Source of the DNA: a virus
Length of the DNA: 64,000 nt
IMG/VR virus record: IMGVR_UViG_3300050821_017216
Location: 55,900-119,899 of that record
Reading direction: 5' to 3' (one strand)
In this document: piece by piece, positions 9,351-18,871 of the stretch
How positions within the stretch are numbered: the stretch's first letter is position 1
Layout: each line of letters begins with the position of its first letter
Position numbers and translations under genes: made by a program
The notes under the pieces: generated by a model
The model's input: only the letters and a program-made list of their open reading frames with translations
What the model was told of the DNA's origin: nothing
Database searches by the model: none

Positions 9351-9709
9351 GAGACCGGAACACCCGCCGCCAGCTGCGCAAGAAGCTCGGGGTCCTCGCC
9401 GAGCAGGCGCGCGTCGCGCGCGGGCGCCTGTTCTCCGCCGAGGCGAGCCTGGCGGAGCTGCAGGCTGCCATCGCCGCCGAGGCGCAGGGCGACGCCGTGG
9501 CACGGTCTACCCACGAGTCGGTGCGGGCGTCGGTGGTGGATGGGATCGAGGCGTACGTCCAGGCGCTGGCGCACCTGGTCGACGCCGACGACAGGCAGGC
9601 GTCGGTCGCTTACCGGGACGACGAGCTGTTCCTGCAGCTACTCGGGAAGAGCTCCTCCAGGAGACCGCGCGCCGGAGCGTCGGCAAGACCGACTTCGCGC
9701 TGCTCCTGA
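9347..9709 (+). CDS. Coiled-coil protein, probably the N-terminal part of a frameshifted gene continuing to 11223
   Basis: GC3 bias moves to the -1 frame at about 9645. Confidence 0.6.
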   Translation: MRDRNTRRQLRKKLGVLAEQARVARGRLFSAEASLAELQAAIAAEAQGDAVARSTHESVRASVVDGIEAYVQALAHLVDADDRQASVAYRDDELFLQLLGKSSSRRPRAGASARPTSRCS

Positions 9710-9747
9710 CATCCATCGACCACACGGCGATCCGGCTGTACGGGACG

Positions 9748-11223
9748 TTGCCTGGCAGCCTGCGCGACCTCCACGGCGCGGCGTTCGTCGAGGCGGCCAG
9801 CGAGGCGCTCGCGCACGACGACTTCACCGGTACGCTGCTCGGGGACCCGAAGTGGGTCGAGATGCGCGGGCGCTGGGTCCGGCTCGGCTGGCACGACACC
9901 ACCGACGCGACGTTCAACGACGCGTTCGTCCGGGCCGTCGTCGAGCGCGTGGCCACGATCCACGACGCGCGCGGCGAGGATGCCGTGCAGAGCGGCCTCA
10001 CCATCCAGGACACGGTGCTCGACGATCAGCTCGAGAGGGTCCGCCCGGAGATGCGCGAGCATATGATCCGGGCGTTCAAGGAGCGCCTGGACCGCGAGTA
10101 CGCGGCGCTGCCGGTGAACCGTGACGTCACCGTCACGCTCGACGGCGAGGACGCGCGCCAGCTACGCAGGGTCGCGGACCGCTGGGGCACGACACCAAGC
10201 GGCGCGGCGGAGCGGATCGCCCATGAAGCGTTGGTCCACGAGGCGACCCGACTCACCGCCGAGGACGCGCGACGGTCGGCCGCGCTGGACGTCGTTGGCG
10301 ATTTCCTCCAGGCCACGGACACGCCAAACCAGCCCACCGCCTACTCCGATCACGACCTCATGCGACGCGGTCGGATCGTCTGGGAGGCGTCCTACGCGGA
10401 CGGGATGACCGACGAGGGGCTGCGCGACGCGATCGGGCGGTTGAACGTGGGCTCCCCGTATCCCGACGACATCGTCCTCTTCTCCGCGAAGTGGGCGGTG
10501 CACGCCTTCCAGCGGCTGATGACGAGCCACACGTTCGCGGCCGCGCTCATGTGCTCGGACGTCCAGCGCGAGGTTCTGGCGGGCATCGAGGAGCAGTGGG
10601 ACGCGTTCCTCGTGATCGTGCCGAACGGGATGCTCATCGCGGGGGAGCTCGAGTTCTCGCGCGTCCTGGTCGCGACCTACTCGTTCGGTGCCAGGATGAT
10701 CCTGCTGACGACGGGCGGCCCCAACCTGAACCTGCGGGTGGGCCTCGCGGGGTGCGTCACCGACGAGGCCCCGACGCTGGCTGACTTGCTCGTCAGCGAC
10801 GGCACCGACCTCCACGAGGACGCCGTCACCCGGCGGTGCCTCATCATGGCCAAGCGCCTGGTGGCGGGGCTCCTGCTCAACCTGCAGGACGCCGGCACGC
10901 ACAAGATCCGCAAGGTGGAGGCGCGCTCGAAGGGTAAGGGGCGCGAGGCGGCGCCCGAGCACCGCATCGTGACCGTCGGCGCGCCGATCGAGATCGACTG
11001 CCGCGACGCGGTCAAGGAGTACATCGAGCGCGGCACGCGGAGCTCTGAGAAGACAGGGCGGCAGCACCGCGGCGCGCCGACGGTGCAGTGGATGGTCCGC
11101 GGACACTACCGCATGCAGGCCTGCGGACCGCAGCACACGCTGCGTCGAAAGACGTGGATAAGGCCGTTTTGGAAGGGGAACGAGGCCGCCCTCATCCAGA
11201 CGCGAGCGAGGATGCATACATGA
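9748..11223 (+). CDS. Hypothetical phage-type protein ending in a VRGHxRxQxxG..WIxPxWKG motif
   Basis: Frame is open and GC3-biased from about 9646, upstream of the TTG. Confidence 0.8.
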   Translation: MPGSLRDLHGAAFVEAASEALAHDDFTGTLLGDPKWVEMRGRWVRLGWHDTTDATFNDAFVRAVVERVATIHDARGEDAVQSGLTIQDTVLDDQLERVRPEMREHMIRAFKERLDREYAALPVNRDVTVTLDGEDARQLRRVADRWGTTPSGAAERIAHEALVHEATRLTAEDARRSAALDVVGDFLQATDTPNQPTAYSDHDLMRRGRIVWEASYADGMTDEGLRDAIGRLNVGSPYPDDIVLFSAKWAVHAFQRLMTSHTFAAALMCSDVQREVLAGIEEQWDAFLVIVPNGMLIAGELEFSRVLVATYSFGARMILLTTGGPNLNLRVGLAGCVTDEAPTLADLLVSDGTDLHEDAVTRRCLIMAKRLVAGLLLNLQDAGTHKIRKVEARSKGKGREAAPEHRIVTVGAPIEIDCRDAVKEYIERGTRSSEKTGRQHRGAPTVQWMVRGHYRMQACGPQHTLRRKTWIRPFWKGNEAALIQTRARMHT

Positions 11224-11504
11224 CTGACGAAGACAACACACGCGCGGCGGGCGGCCGCGCGCGCGCCGAGCCGACGATGGGACGAAACGTCGCAGAGTGC
11301 GAGCGGTTCGCCGAGCAGAATGGGTTCACCGGGGCCGTCGCCGGGCACTTCCCCGACCTGCCCTTCCCGCCGCCACCCACGTTCCTGCCGGAGCCGTCGG
11401 TGACGCTACCGCCTCGGCACACTCGGTCCGCTCCGATCCCGCGGACGATCGTCGATCGGGTGAAGCTGTTCAACCGCAACAATGGAGACAGATCCGATGA
11501 GTGA
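11220..11504 (+). CDS. Hypothetical Pro-rich protein
   Basis: ATGA overlap. Confidence 0.5.
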   Translation: MTDEDNTRAAGGRARAEPTMGRNVAECERFAEQNGFTGAVAGHFPDLPFPPPPTFLPEPSVTLPPRHTRSAPIPRTIVDRVKLFNRNNGDRSDE

Positions 11505-11673
11505 CGAGGTGACCAAGATGGAAGACCGCGACCTTCAGCGCGTCGCGCGCATGGAGCTATGCGCGGTCGGTGTGGCGTATCTGGCGACCGAAGATAGAGA
11601 CCCAGAGATCGCCGAGCAGATCGTGCGGGCGATGATCGAGTACCTCGACGGCGAAGAGAGGGTGGGCCTCTGA
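11497..11673 (+). CDS. Small hypothetical protein
   Basis: GGAG RBS, TGATG coupling downstream. Confidence 0.55.
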   Translation: MSDEVTKMEDRDLQRVARMELCAVGVAYLATEDRDPEIAEQIVRAMIEYLDGEERVGL

Positions 11674-12404
11674 TGCGGGACCGCAAGCCGATCGCGGTCG
11701 ACAAGGTGCGCTCGGGCGGCGTCGACGTCGAGGTGTTCTACGACTTCCGCGAACACACCTTCTTCTTCGAGGCGCCCGGCACGCGCAGTCGCGAGCACGC
11801 ATCAACTTTCACCGAGGTGTGTCGCCTGCTCGATCAGGTCTACGAGGAGGCAGAGCCGCTGGACTGGAGGCCGGTCATCCTCGTCACGCTCCACGAGAAG
11901 TACGACGACCACGACCACTCGATCCGAACCAAGATCGTCGAGGGCGCGTCGGTGCATCTCGAGTTCCGCCGCTGCGAGCTGTCGCCGCGACCCGACCGCG
12001 CCGAGGTGGTAGAGCGCATCGCACGCGAACGGGAGCGGGAAGGTCGGAAAGGTAGGGGCGGTAGAGATGACGGTCCGATCGAGCGCGAGGGGTACCTCGA
12101 GCGCGAGCACGCGGTCGACTTCGAGGCGGGCGAGCCCAACGACTACGACCGCGAGAGGCGGGCGAAGACGCTCGACCGACCGGAAAACTACTCGAACAGG
12201 AGCGGCGTCGTGGAGCTCCCGTACGACGAGGAGACGTGGCGCGGCCTCTGCTCGCTCAAGCGCGCGATCGACGAGCTGCACGCGAGGGTCGAGGCGCTTA
12301 TCGGGCGGGTCGACTTCCGCAACCAGCTGCGGCGCTTCGCGCTGGGCGCGAGTACCCCGTTGCTTTCCGCCCCGCACAACGCGGCGATTGGAGACGAGTC
12401 GTGA
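11673..12404 (+). CDS. Hypothetical protein
   Basis: 243 aa, GC3-biased. Confidence 0.75.
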   Translation: MRDRKPIAVDKVRSGGVDVEVFYDFREHTFFFEAPGTRSREHASTFTEVCRLLDQVYEEAEPLDWRPVILVTLHEKYDDHDHSIRTKIVEGASVHLEFRRCELSPRPDRAEVVERIAREREREGRKGRGGRDDGPIEREGYLEREHAVDFEAGEPNDYDRERRAKTLDRPENYSNRSGVVELPYDEETWRGLCSLKRAIDELHARVEALIGRVDFRNQLRRFALGASTPLLSAPHNAAIGDES

Positions 12405-12625
12405 CCGACATCTCCATCCAGTGGCAGGGCACGCACGTCTGCGGCGACTTCCACTGCGAGTGCGGGGCGTACGCGCACGTCTGCGGGGCCACCGGCATGT
12501 TCAGTATTCGGTGCCACAGGTGCGGGGTCGTCTGGAGCGTGCCGACCACGCTGAAGCTGGAGCGGTCGCCGAACGCGGACGGGGACGTCGACACGAGCAC
12601 GTACGAGGCCGATAGGGAACCATGA
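12401..12625 (+). CDS. Zn-ribbon protein
   Basis: DISIQWQGTHVCGDFHCECG..CHRCG. Confidence 0.65.
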   Translation: MTDISIQWQGTHVCGDFHCECGAYAHVCGATGMFSIRCHRCGVVWSVPTTLKLERSPNADGDVDTSTYEADREP

Positions 12626-12716
12626 ACATCTATCTGTCGGACTTCCGCGAGCGCCTGGCGCAGTACGCGGCCACGAACGTGGAGTGCGCACGATTCCAGC
12701 TCGATGGAGATATCAG

Positions 12717-12953
12717 ATGATGGATCCAAAGGTCTTCGGACCCAACCTCAACCGGCTCATGGACGGAGAGGTCGATGACGCGTTCTGGCTATCGCACGTC
12801 GGCGACCTGTCGCAGTGCCAGCTCGGCGCGTTCTACGTCGCGATGCGGCTCGGCGAGCGGGAGCGCGGCGAGAAGCGCGCGCGCAGCGCTGCGCTCGACC
12901 AGGTGCTCGCGACGCTCGGTGTGCCGCGGTCGTGGATGGCGAGGGGGCGATGA
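12717..12953 (+). CDS. Hypothetical protein
   Basis: ATGA overlaps. Confidence 0.55.
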   Translation: MMDPKVFGPNLNRLMDGEVDDAFWLSHVGDLSQCQLGAFYVAMRLGERERGEKRARSAALDQVLATLGVPRSWMARGR

Positions 12954-13093
12954 GGTTCGCGGCGTGGCTGGACCAGGTGCTCGGACCGCCGTTGAGCGGG
13001 CTCGCGATGCTCGCGCTGGTGGGCGCCCTGTCGGGGTTCTCCGCGTACGTGGCCCACAAGACTCTCGGCTACATCTTCCGGGACAGGCCATGA
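12950..13093 (+). CDS. Small membrane protein
   Basis: One hydrophobic helix. Confidence 0.55.
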   Translation: MRFAAWLDQVLGPPLSGLAMLALVGALSGFSAYVAHKTLGYIFRDRP

Positions 13094-13323
13094 AGCGAGT
13101 GAACGACGTTGAGCTGTTCGTCGTGTACGACCACCCGAGGGACTACCCTGGCCACTTCATCGTGCGCCGGTGGGTCGTGCGCCCGTGGGGCGTCGCCGAC
13201 CCGACGGACGACTTCGCGTTCGCCGACACGCTGGAGGCGGTGCGCGAGGAGGTGCCACGAGGGCTCCACCGAGTACCGAGGCAACCCGGCGAGGACCCAG
13301 CTATCGTGGAGACGTGGCTTTGA
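13090..13323 (+). CDS. Hypothetical phage-type protein
   Basis: VYDHPRDYPGHFIVRRW..DPAIVETWL. Confidence 0.65.
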   Translation: MKRVNDVELFVVYDHPRDYPGHFIVRRWVVRPWGVADPTDDFAFADTLEAVREEVPRGLHRVPRQPGEDPAIVETWL

Positions 13324-13748
13324 CCCAGCGAGACGCCGACCTGGAGCTCCTGAACGAGCTCCTCAACAAGCACGCCGACGAGCTGACCGACGTCGAGGTC
13401 GAGAAGTTCGCGAGCATGCGGTTCGACCTCACCGCGGGCCTGCGCGGCGAGCGCTTCCAGCAGCTCACCGACGCGCAGCGCGACTGGGCGACGGCGGTCC
13501 GCGAGCGGGTCGCCCCGACCTACGCGAACCTCGTCAGCCGTGGGCTCGTCCCGAAGGGGACGCCCACGACCGAGTCGCGGGCGCTCGACGCGATGCTGTC
13601 TGGCCCGAAGCTCCGGCCGCCCCCGATCCCGAGACCGTCCAGCACCGCGCCGCCGCGGGCGAGCAAGCGGCACTGCGGGCGCGCGGACGAGGGGTGCTAC
13701 GCGTTCGTCAACGGGGACTGCTCGTGCGAGTGCTGCACGAGTGGATGA
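13320..13748 (+). CDS. Hypothetical protein with a Cys-rich C-terminus
   Basis: TTGA overlap, GC3-biased. Confidence 0.65.
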   Translation: MTQRDADLELLNELLNKHADELTDVEVEKFASMRFDLTAGLRGERFQQLTDAQRDWATAVRERVAPTYANLVSRGLVPKGTPTTESRALDAMLSGPKLRPPPIPRPSSTAPPRASKRHCGRADEGCYAFVNGDCSCECCTSG

Positions 13749-13754
13749 AGGGGC

Positions 13755-13782
13755 TTGCCGTCAAGTTTTACGCGCGTACAAT
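13755..13782 (+). promoter_or_regulatory. sigma70-like leaderless promoter
   Basis: TTGCCG-16 nt-TACAAT, 7 nt before ATG 13790. Confidence 0.7.
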
Positions 13783-13789
13783 GTTGGCC

Positions 13790-14071
13790 ATGACCATCGA
13801 GCGGCACATCACCAAGGTCGGCAACAGCCTCGGTATCCTCATCCCTAGGGACATCGTGGAAGCGATGGGTGTAGAGAGCGGCACGCCTGTCCGGTTGTCG
13901 CTCGTGGGTCGTCAGCTCGTCATCGAACCGACTGACGCTATGATGAGCGAGCAGGTATTTCAGCGCGCCTTCGCTGCCGTGCTGCGACGCGAGGCCCCCG
14001 TGTTCCAGGGGCTTGCGGACTACGACGCGGGGCGTACGGCGAAGGAACCCACCCGAGCGCGCCGGCGATGA
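13790..14071 (+). CDS. AbrB/MazE-type antitoxin
   Basis: ITKVGNSLGILIPRDIVEAMGVESGTPV. Confidence 0.85.
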   Translation: MTIERHITKVGNSLGILIPRDIVEAMGVESGTPVRLSLVGRQLVIEPTDAMMSEQVFQRAFAAVLRREAPVFQGLADYDAGRTAKEPTRARRR

Positions 14072-14460
14072 TCTTCCTGTCCGCGGACTACGTGGTCCGC
14101 ATGCACGAGGCGCTGCTGGAGAAGTGGGGCGGCGAGGAGGGCGGCGGCCACCGCGGCCGCCAATACGAGGGCGTCGAGGCAGCCGTGCAGGCTGTCCACA
14201 ACTCGTACTACGAGTCGGTGCCGGAGTTGGCCGCCGCCTATGCCGTCTACATCGTTCAGGGGCACGTCTTCATGGACGGCAACAAACGGAGCGGGTGGGC
14301 CGCGCTTTCCACGTTCCTGGAGGCCAACGGAGGCAGTTGCGTCGCTTCGGTGGAGCATCGGCTGCGAGCGATGATCGAACTGCAGTCACGGGCAGAGAGT
14401 GGGCAGCGGACAGACACGCTTATCGCCTGGCTCGTGCAGACTCTCGACCTGCGAGGCTAG
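14068..14460 (+). CDS. doc: Fic/Doc-family toxin
   Basis: HVFMDGNKRSG motif, coupled to the AbrB-type gene. Confidence 0.85.
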   Translation: MIFLSADYVVRMHEALLEKWGGEEGGGHRGRQYEGVEAAVQAVHNSYYESVPELAAAYAVYIVQGHVFMDGNKRSGWAALSTFLEANGGSCVASVEHRLRAMIELQSRAESGQRTDTLIAWLVQTLDLRG

Positions 14461-14462
14461 CC

Positions 14463-14672
14463 ATGGTGTACACGGTCATCTCTTGGAAGGAAGACGGGAT
14501 CTGGTCAGCGATGAGCCCATCCGTATCCGGCGTGTTCGGTCTCGGTCGAACGCAGGCGCACGCGGAGCGGGACTTCGTGGACGCCCTCCATACGTTGTTG
14601 GGTTACTTGGGTGAGATCGGCGAGCCGGCACCACGACCGAAGAACATCATTACGTCCACAGTACGTGTCTGA
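14463..14672 (+). CDS. HicB-like protein (N-terminal domain only)
   Basis: YTVISWKEDGIWSAMSPSVSGVFGLGRTQAHAERDF..AL. Confidence 0.7.
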   Translation: MVYTVISWKEDGIWSAMSPSVSGVFGLGRTQAHAERDFVDALHTLLGYLGEIGEPAPRPKNIITSTVRV

Positions 14673-14791
14673 TGCCCAAGACCTGGTTGAAGCAGCAGGC
14701 CACGAAGCGCGGGTGCTTCATGGGGGGCCTCGTCGAGGAGTTCGTCATCCGTTCGCTAGCCGGACGCGCACCGTGGCGACCGTAAGCGCGC

Positions 14792-15058
14792 TTAGCCGTG
14801 CCCGATGTTGATGATCCCCTGCACGGCCCCCTCGATGGGGATGACGAGGTTCGCGACGTCGGCGCTGGCCCTCAAGATGTTTAGGAAGACCGTCCACGCG
14901 TCGGGTCCAGGCACTACCTTGGCGTCGGACCACGACTTGACGACGACCGCGATCTCGTCGTCCGGCATCGCGCCGGACAGCATGCGCTCGAGCTGGACGA
15001 CGGGGATGCCTGGGAACGCGTCCAGCACCTGGGCGGCGACGGCGGCGCGATCCGTCAC
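14792..15058 (-). CDS. Hypothetical protein
   Basis: GTG at 15058 overlapping the upstream stop. Confidence 0.6.
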   Translation of the reverse strand: MTDRAAVAAQVLDAFPGIPVVQLERMLSGAMPDDEIAVVVKSWSDAKVVPGPDAWTVFLNILRASADVANLVIPIEGAVQGIINIGHG

Positions 15059-15288
15059 TGGCACGGCGTCCCGGAGTCGAACGGCTCGAGCTTCTGGTCG
15101 CGGATGACGGCCTGCAAGGACGCCTGGGTGGCGCAGACGAGGATGGCGGCGTTGCTGTCCGCGTCGAGGTACTTGTACGCCATCGCGCTCGAGTGCGCGG
15201 CGTTCTCGATGTTGTGGACGTCCGCGTCGGGGAGGCCGCGCGAGCAGCTGACCGCCGAGAGCGCGGCGATGACGAGTAGGGCCCTCAT
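15055..15288 (-). CDS. Small putative lipoprotein
   Basis: MRALLVIAALSAVSC signal with lipobox-like Cys. Confidence 0.6.
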   Translation of the reverse strand: MRALLVIAALSAVSCSRGLPDADVHNIENAAHSSAMAYKYLDADSNAAILVCATQASLQAVIRDQKLEPFDSGTPCQ

Positions 15289-17024
15289 CGACCACCCCTC
15301 CCTCGACTCGGGATCCTCGGTCTCAAGCGCTCGCGCGCGCCGCGCGCCGCCGAGAACTTGACGACGCCGCCCGCGCGATCCGCCTTCTTCTTCGCCTCGC
15401 CGTAGTCCTTGGTCGGGGGCGACAGGGGACGTCCGCGGGTGTCGACGGGGACGTAGTCGCGGACGCGGTGGGCCTCGTGTGCGGCCGACTGGCGACCGAC
15501 TTTGAACTTGACGACGCCGCCGGCCTTGTCAGCCTGCCGCTTCGCCTTCTCGTAGTCCTTGGTCGGCGGGGAGAGCGGGCGGCCGCGGGAGTCGACGGGG
15601 ACGTAGTCGCGGACGACCGATCGGGCGCTGCGTGGCTCGGCGGCGCGCGGTCGCGGCAGCGGCAACTTCTGCCCGCGTCGACTCGCTTTCGCCATGCTGT
15701 CCAGCGCGTACGACGCGACGAGCGCGTCGCGGTCGGACCAGTACACGCTCGCTCGACTGCCGTCCGGCAGCGTCACGAAGTAGGAGCGACCGACCCGCTC
15801 GACGCTGGATCCGGGCTTGATGTCGCGCCAGAGAACGCTCTTCTCTGGTGAGTCCCCGTCGCGCACGAGCTCGCTCTTGCGCACCCCGCGCACGTCCTCA
15901 TTGATCTCGAGGATCAGGTCGGTCAGCCACTGCCGCACCGCGGGCTTCTCTAGCTCCGCGTCGAAGGCCGCGAAGAACGCGTCGGTCACGTCCTTGACGG
16001 TGATGCCGTACGTGTCGCGCACCCAGTCCTCACTGCCCAGACCAAACACGCCGGTCGCCCCGCTGAGCTCGAGGATCTCGCGCTGGTCCATCTGCCGCTT
16101 GGTGTCCCACTCGAGCTGCTGGAGCATGTTCCGGGCGGCCCGCTTCGCGCCGTCCGGCGTGTCGGACGGGAAGACGCTGTCCGGGTCGGAGGCGCGCATC
16201 CGCTCGGCCTCGGCGACCTGTTCGCTGACCCAGTCGCGGAAGTGGTCGCCCCCGACCTGCTCGTTGGCGTAGTCGGCGCCGGCCTTGTCGGCGGCCTCGA
16301 TGATCTGCTCCCCTTCCTGCTTCGGGGAGGGCTCGCGGCGGGACTTCGGGGTCTTGCGGGGCATCGGTGTCTCCTCTTTGAGAGAGTCTCTGGTACGAGC
16401 CGCGTCTTTCGCGTCTGCGGCTGTTGGGTAGCGACCAATCTTCTTGGTCTGCAGGCCTGTCTTCGGGTCGACGGACCATAGGATCCAGTCGCCGTCGGCG
16501 GACGGGTCGATCAGGAAACGACCCGCCCCGTCGACCAGACCGACGAAACTGTCTCGTTGGCGGTGCCACTCGAGTCCTGATCCTGCGCCGGGAACGTGCG
16601 GGGCCCGACGTCGCGCTTCCTGCGCTGAGTGCGTGAAGCGCGGGGGCACCGCATCGACGACCCTCGCCAGGTACGCGGCTAGATAACGTGCCACGACCTC
16701 GGGCGACCCGCTCTTCGCGCGGAACGGGACGCCTGGCGCGCCGAGCCACGGGCGGTGGAACACGCTGGCGGCCTGCTCGACCTTGACCGTCGCGGCGGGG
16801 ACGGTCGGGTCGTGCGCGAAGCCGCGGACCCAGAACGACGCGCGGTTGTTCTCGGCCTCGGCGCCGCCACCCGAGCTCCCGACGTCGGGCGGGAGGTTGA
16901 CGAAGTTCACATACACGCTGCCGCCACCGCGCTCACCGCCGAGGCTCGGCTGGAATCTGACGCTCGTCTGCCGGAAGGCGGGCGCCAGCGACGAGAGGAA
17001 CGCGACGAACTCGTTGGCGTTCAT
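15285..17024 (-). CDS. Multi-module protein with basic linkers and a duplicated C-terminal unit
   Basis: 579 aa. Internal RBS plus ATG at 16364. Linkers AQEARRR, AAEPRSAR, AHEAHR. Confidence 0.85.
   Translation of the reverse strand: MNANEFVAFLSSLAPAFRQTSVRFQPSLGGERGGGSVYVNFVNLPPDVGSSGGGAEAENNRASFWVRGFAHDPTVPAATVKVEQAASVFHRPWLGAPGVPFRAKSGSPEVVARYLAAYLARVVDAVPPRFTHSAQEARRRAPHVPGAGSGLEWHRQRDSFVGLVDGAGRFLIDPSADGDWILWSVDPKTGLQTKKIGRYPTAADAKDAARTRDSLKEETPMPRKTPKSRREPSPKQEGEQIIEAADKAGADYANEQVGGDHFRDWVSEQVAEAERMRASDPDSVFPSDTPDGAKRAARNMLQQLEWDTKRQMDQREILELSGATGVFGLGSEDWVRDTYGITVKDVTDAFFAAFDAELEKPAVRQWLTDLILEINEDVRGVRKSELVRDGDSPEKSVLWRDIKPGSSVERVGRSYFVTLPDGSRASVYWSDRDALVASYALDSMAKASRRGQKLPLPRPRAAEPRSARSVVRDYVPVDSRGRPLSPPTKDYEKAKRQADKAGGVVKFKVGRQSAAHEAHRVRDYVPVDTRGRPLSPPTKDYGEAKKKADRAGGVVKFSAARGARERLRPRIPSRGRGGR
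15354..15615 (-). repeat. Two 112-nt coding repeats (15354-15465, 15504-15615)
   Basis: VRDYVPVD[ST]RGRPLSPPTKDYxxAKxxADxAGGVVKF twice. Confidence 0.9.
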
Positions 17025-18871
17025 GTTTTTGGATGACGCCCAGATCGTCCAGGCAGAGCAGGACGCTCACGCCTCGAACGCAACCAATCCTCACCGGCAT
17101 CTCTGGCGGCACCTTCGCTTTCGAACGGACCACCGATCTCTCGGTCGTATTCCCAGTACCACCCAGCAGTAATAGCTCTGTCGCCACGGGTATAAGAGAC
17201 CTGGATCGATTTTGACGACTCGCTCACCTTACTCCCCCAGCTCGCGCCCGCCTTGCGGATCTCGAGTCGGTAGCGCCGCACGAGGTCGGCGCCCTTGTCG
17301 GTGAGCGCGTAGTAGTCGCCACCGGGTGATGTTCCTGGCGTCGCGCGCATGAGCACGACGTAGCCGCCGTCGCGGAGCTCCGCGTACGCCCGGTCGTAGA
17401 CGACCGATTTCCCCGGTCGGATCCTCGCGAGGCCGCCGACGCCTCCGATGAGCACCTCGAGCATGGTGGGCGTGATGCCGTCACGGGCGAGGTTCGGGGG
17501 GACCCAGGTCTCGCGGAGCGAGCGCGTTTCGTGTGTCTCGGTGCGGACGCGGTAGCCTCTGGCAGCCCCGGTCACACCGATGACCGTGTGCCCGTCACGC
17601 TCCGCAATCGCTTTCGCCTTAGCGACGGCCCCTTCCCTATCACCAGAGAGCGCCTGCACGCGGTACTGGATCTCGTGGCGGAGGTTCGGTCGTTCTGGAG
17701 ATGTCACCTGGAGCGAGATCTGCCACACGTACAAGTTCTGTTGGCGCGCCTCATCCACTTCGCCACCTTCACCCTCCTGCCAGCTCGCCGCGTACCCGTC
17801 GACAGTCTCCCAGACCCACCTGACGTCCTTGACCATCTCCGTGACGTCGGCGGTCTTATACGTGAAGCTCGAGATGTTCTCGTACTGGGCGGTGCTCGAC
17901 AGGTGTTCGTCGGAGAAGATCAAGATCGCTGTCGACCCGTCCGTGAACACGGAGACGACGACGACCACCTTCTGCCCGTACTCGGGGCTGTAGGTCGTGA
18001 ACTGCGCCGACTCGTTCTTGTCGGTCCAGCGGTAGCCGCCGGGGACGACCCGCGGCTCGGAGCCGCCTAGCTGCTGCGCGAGCTCGCCGGCGAGCTCGAG
18101 GGCGCTCTCCGGCGTCATCTCCGCGCGGCGGCGGCGCTTCGCCTCGACCGCTCGTTGACCCGTCTTCGTGAGGTACGCCTCGATCGGCTCGGCACCACCA
18201 GGCAGCCCGCCGGTGAGCGGGCTGCGCGCGGACGGTGCGACGGAGTGCCAGTAGCCTCCCTGGTGCCACACCTTTCCGGCCTCGTACTGCGGCTCGCCGC
18301 TCGGCCAGTACCGGCCCGTCGGATAGAAGAGCGACGCCTTCTTGCCGAGGACTACGACGTGCGTGGCCCCGTCCTGCTGCCCCGCGTGCTCGACGAGCTC
18401 GGGGAGCGTGCCGAAGTCGCGGACGACGTGGCGCGCACGACGCGCCTCGCTGGCGACGGGCTTCGGTTTGCGGTGCTCGCGGTACCACTCCGCCGGCGGT
18501 CCGTAGATGACGCCGTCGTCGACCTGCAGGTCGAACGAACCGTACGACTGGGCGGACTCCTGCAGCGGATCCTGGAACTCCTCGTCGATGCTGTCCTCGT
18601 CAAAGAATCCACTTCCGTGACCTTCGCGACTCAACCAGAAGCAATGTCCGGCACGATCGTCGTCGATCCCACTGTCGGACAGCAGGTCGGCGTAGCGCTC
18701 CTGGAAGTCGGCGCAGTCCTCGACGATGAGCTCCATCGTCTCGGGCGCGATGTCGTCGGCTGAGTAGTTCTTGTCGAGCGGCTCGCCGCCCTGCTCGTCG
18801 GCGTTGTCCGTGGAGGACCAGAGCATCGCCTCGATGTACGCGAGCGTGAACGCGTCTAGCTTGCGGGGCAT
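17021..18871 (-). CDS. Multi-module (about 6 domains) protein with E[AS]R-type linkers
   Basis: Start at ATG 18871 (TGATG overlap). First module AYIEAMLWSS..AGHCFWLSREGHGSGFFD, a winged-helix-like module ending YYALTDKG, last module GWYW..GPFESE. Confidence 0.85.
   Translation of the reverse strand: MPRKLDAFTLAYIEAMLWSSTDNADEQGGEPLDKNYSADDIAPETMELIVEDCADFQERYADLLSDSGIDDDRAGHCFWLSREGHGSGFFDEDSIDEEFQDPLQESAQSYGSFDLQVDDGVIYGPPAEWYREHRKPKPVASEARRARHVVRDFGTLPELVEHAGQQDGATHVVVLGKKASLFYPTGRYWPSGEPQYEAGKVWHQGGYWHSVAPSARSPLTGGLPGGAEPIEAYLTKTGQRAVEAKRRRRAEMTPESALELAGELAQQLGGSEPRVVPGGYRWTDKNESAQFTTYSPEYGQKVVVVVSVFTDGSTAILIFSDEHLSSTAQYENISSFTYKTADVTEMVKDVRWVWETVDGYAASWQEGEGGEVDEARQQNLYVWQISLQVTSPERPNLRHEIQYRVQALSGDREGAVAKAKAIAERDGHTVIGVTGAARGYRVRTETHETRSLRETWVPPNLARDGITPTMLEVLIGGVGGLARIRPGKSVVYDRAYAELRDGGYVVLMRATPGTSPGGDYYALTDKGADLVRRYRLEIRKAGASWGSKVSESSKSIQVSYTRGDRAITAGWYWEYDREIGGPFESEGAARDAGEDWLRSRRERPALPGRSGRHPKT

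Noticed and set aside
14672-14785. Short ORF after the HicB-like gene as a possible HicA
   Set aside because: 37 aa with no dsRBD-like HicA pattern (no GSH motif)
15055-15288. Small lipoprotein as an o-spanin
   Set aside because: No adjacent i-spanin-like gene and it is far from the lysis genes, so the function is left open
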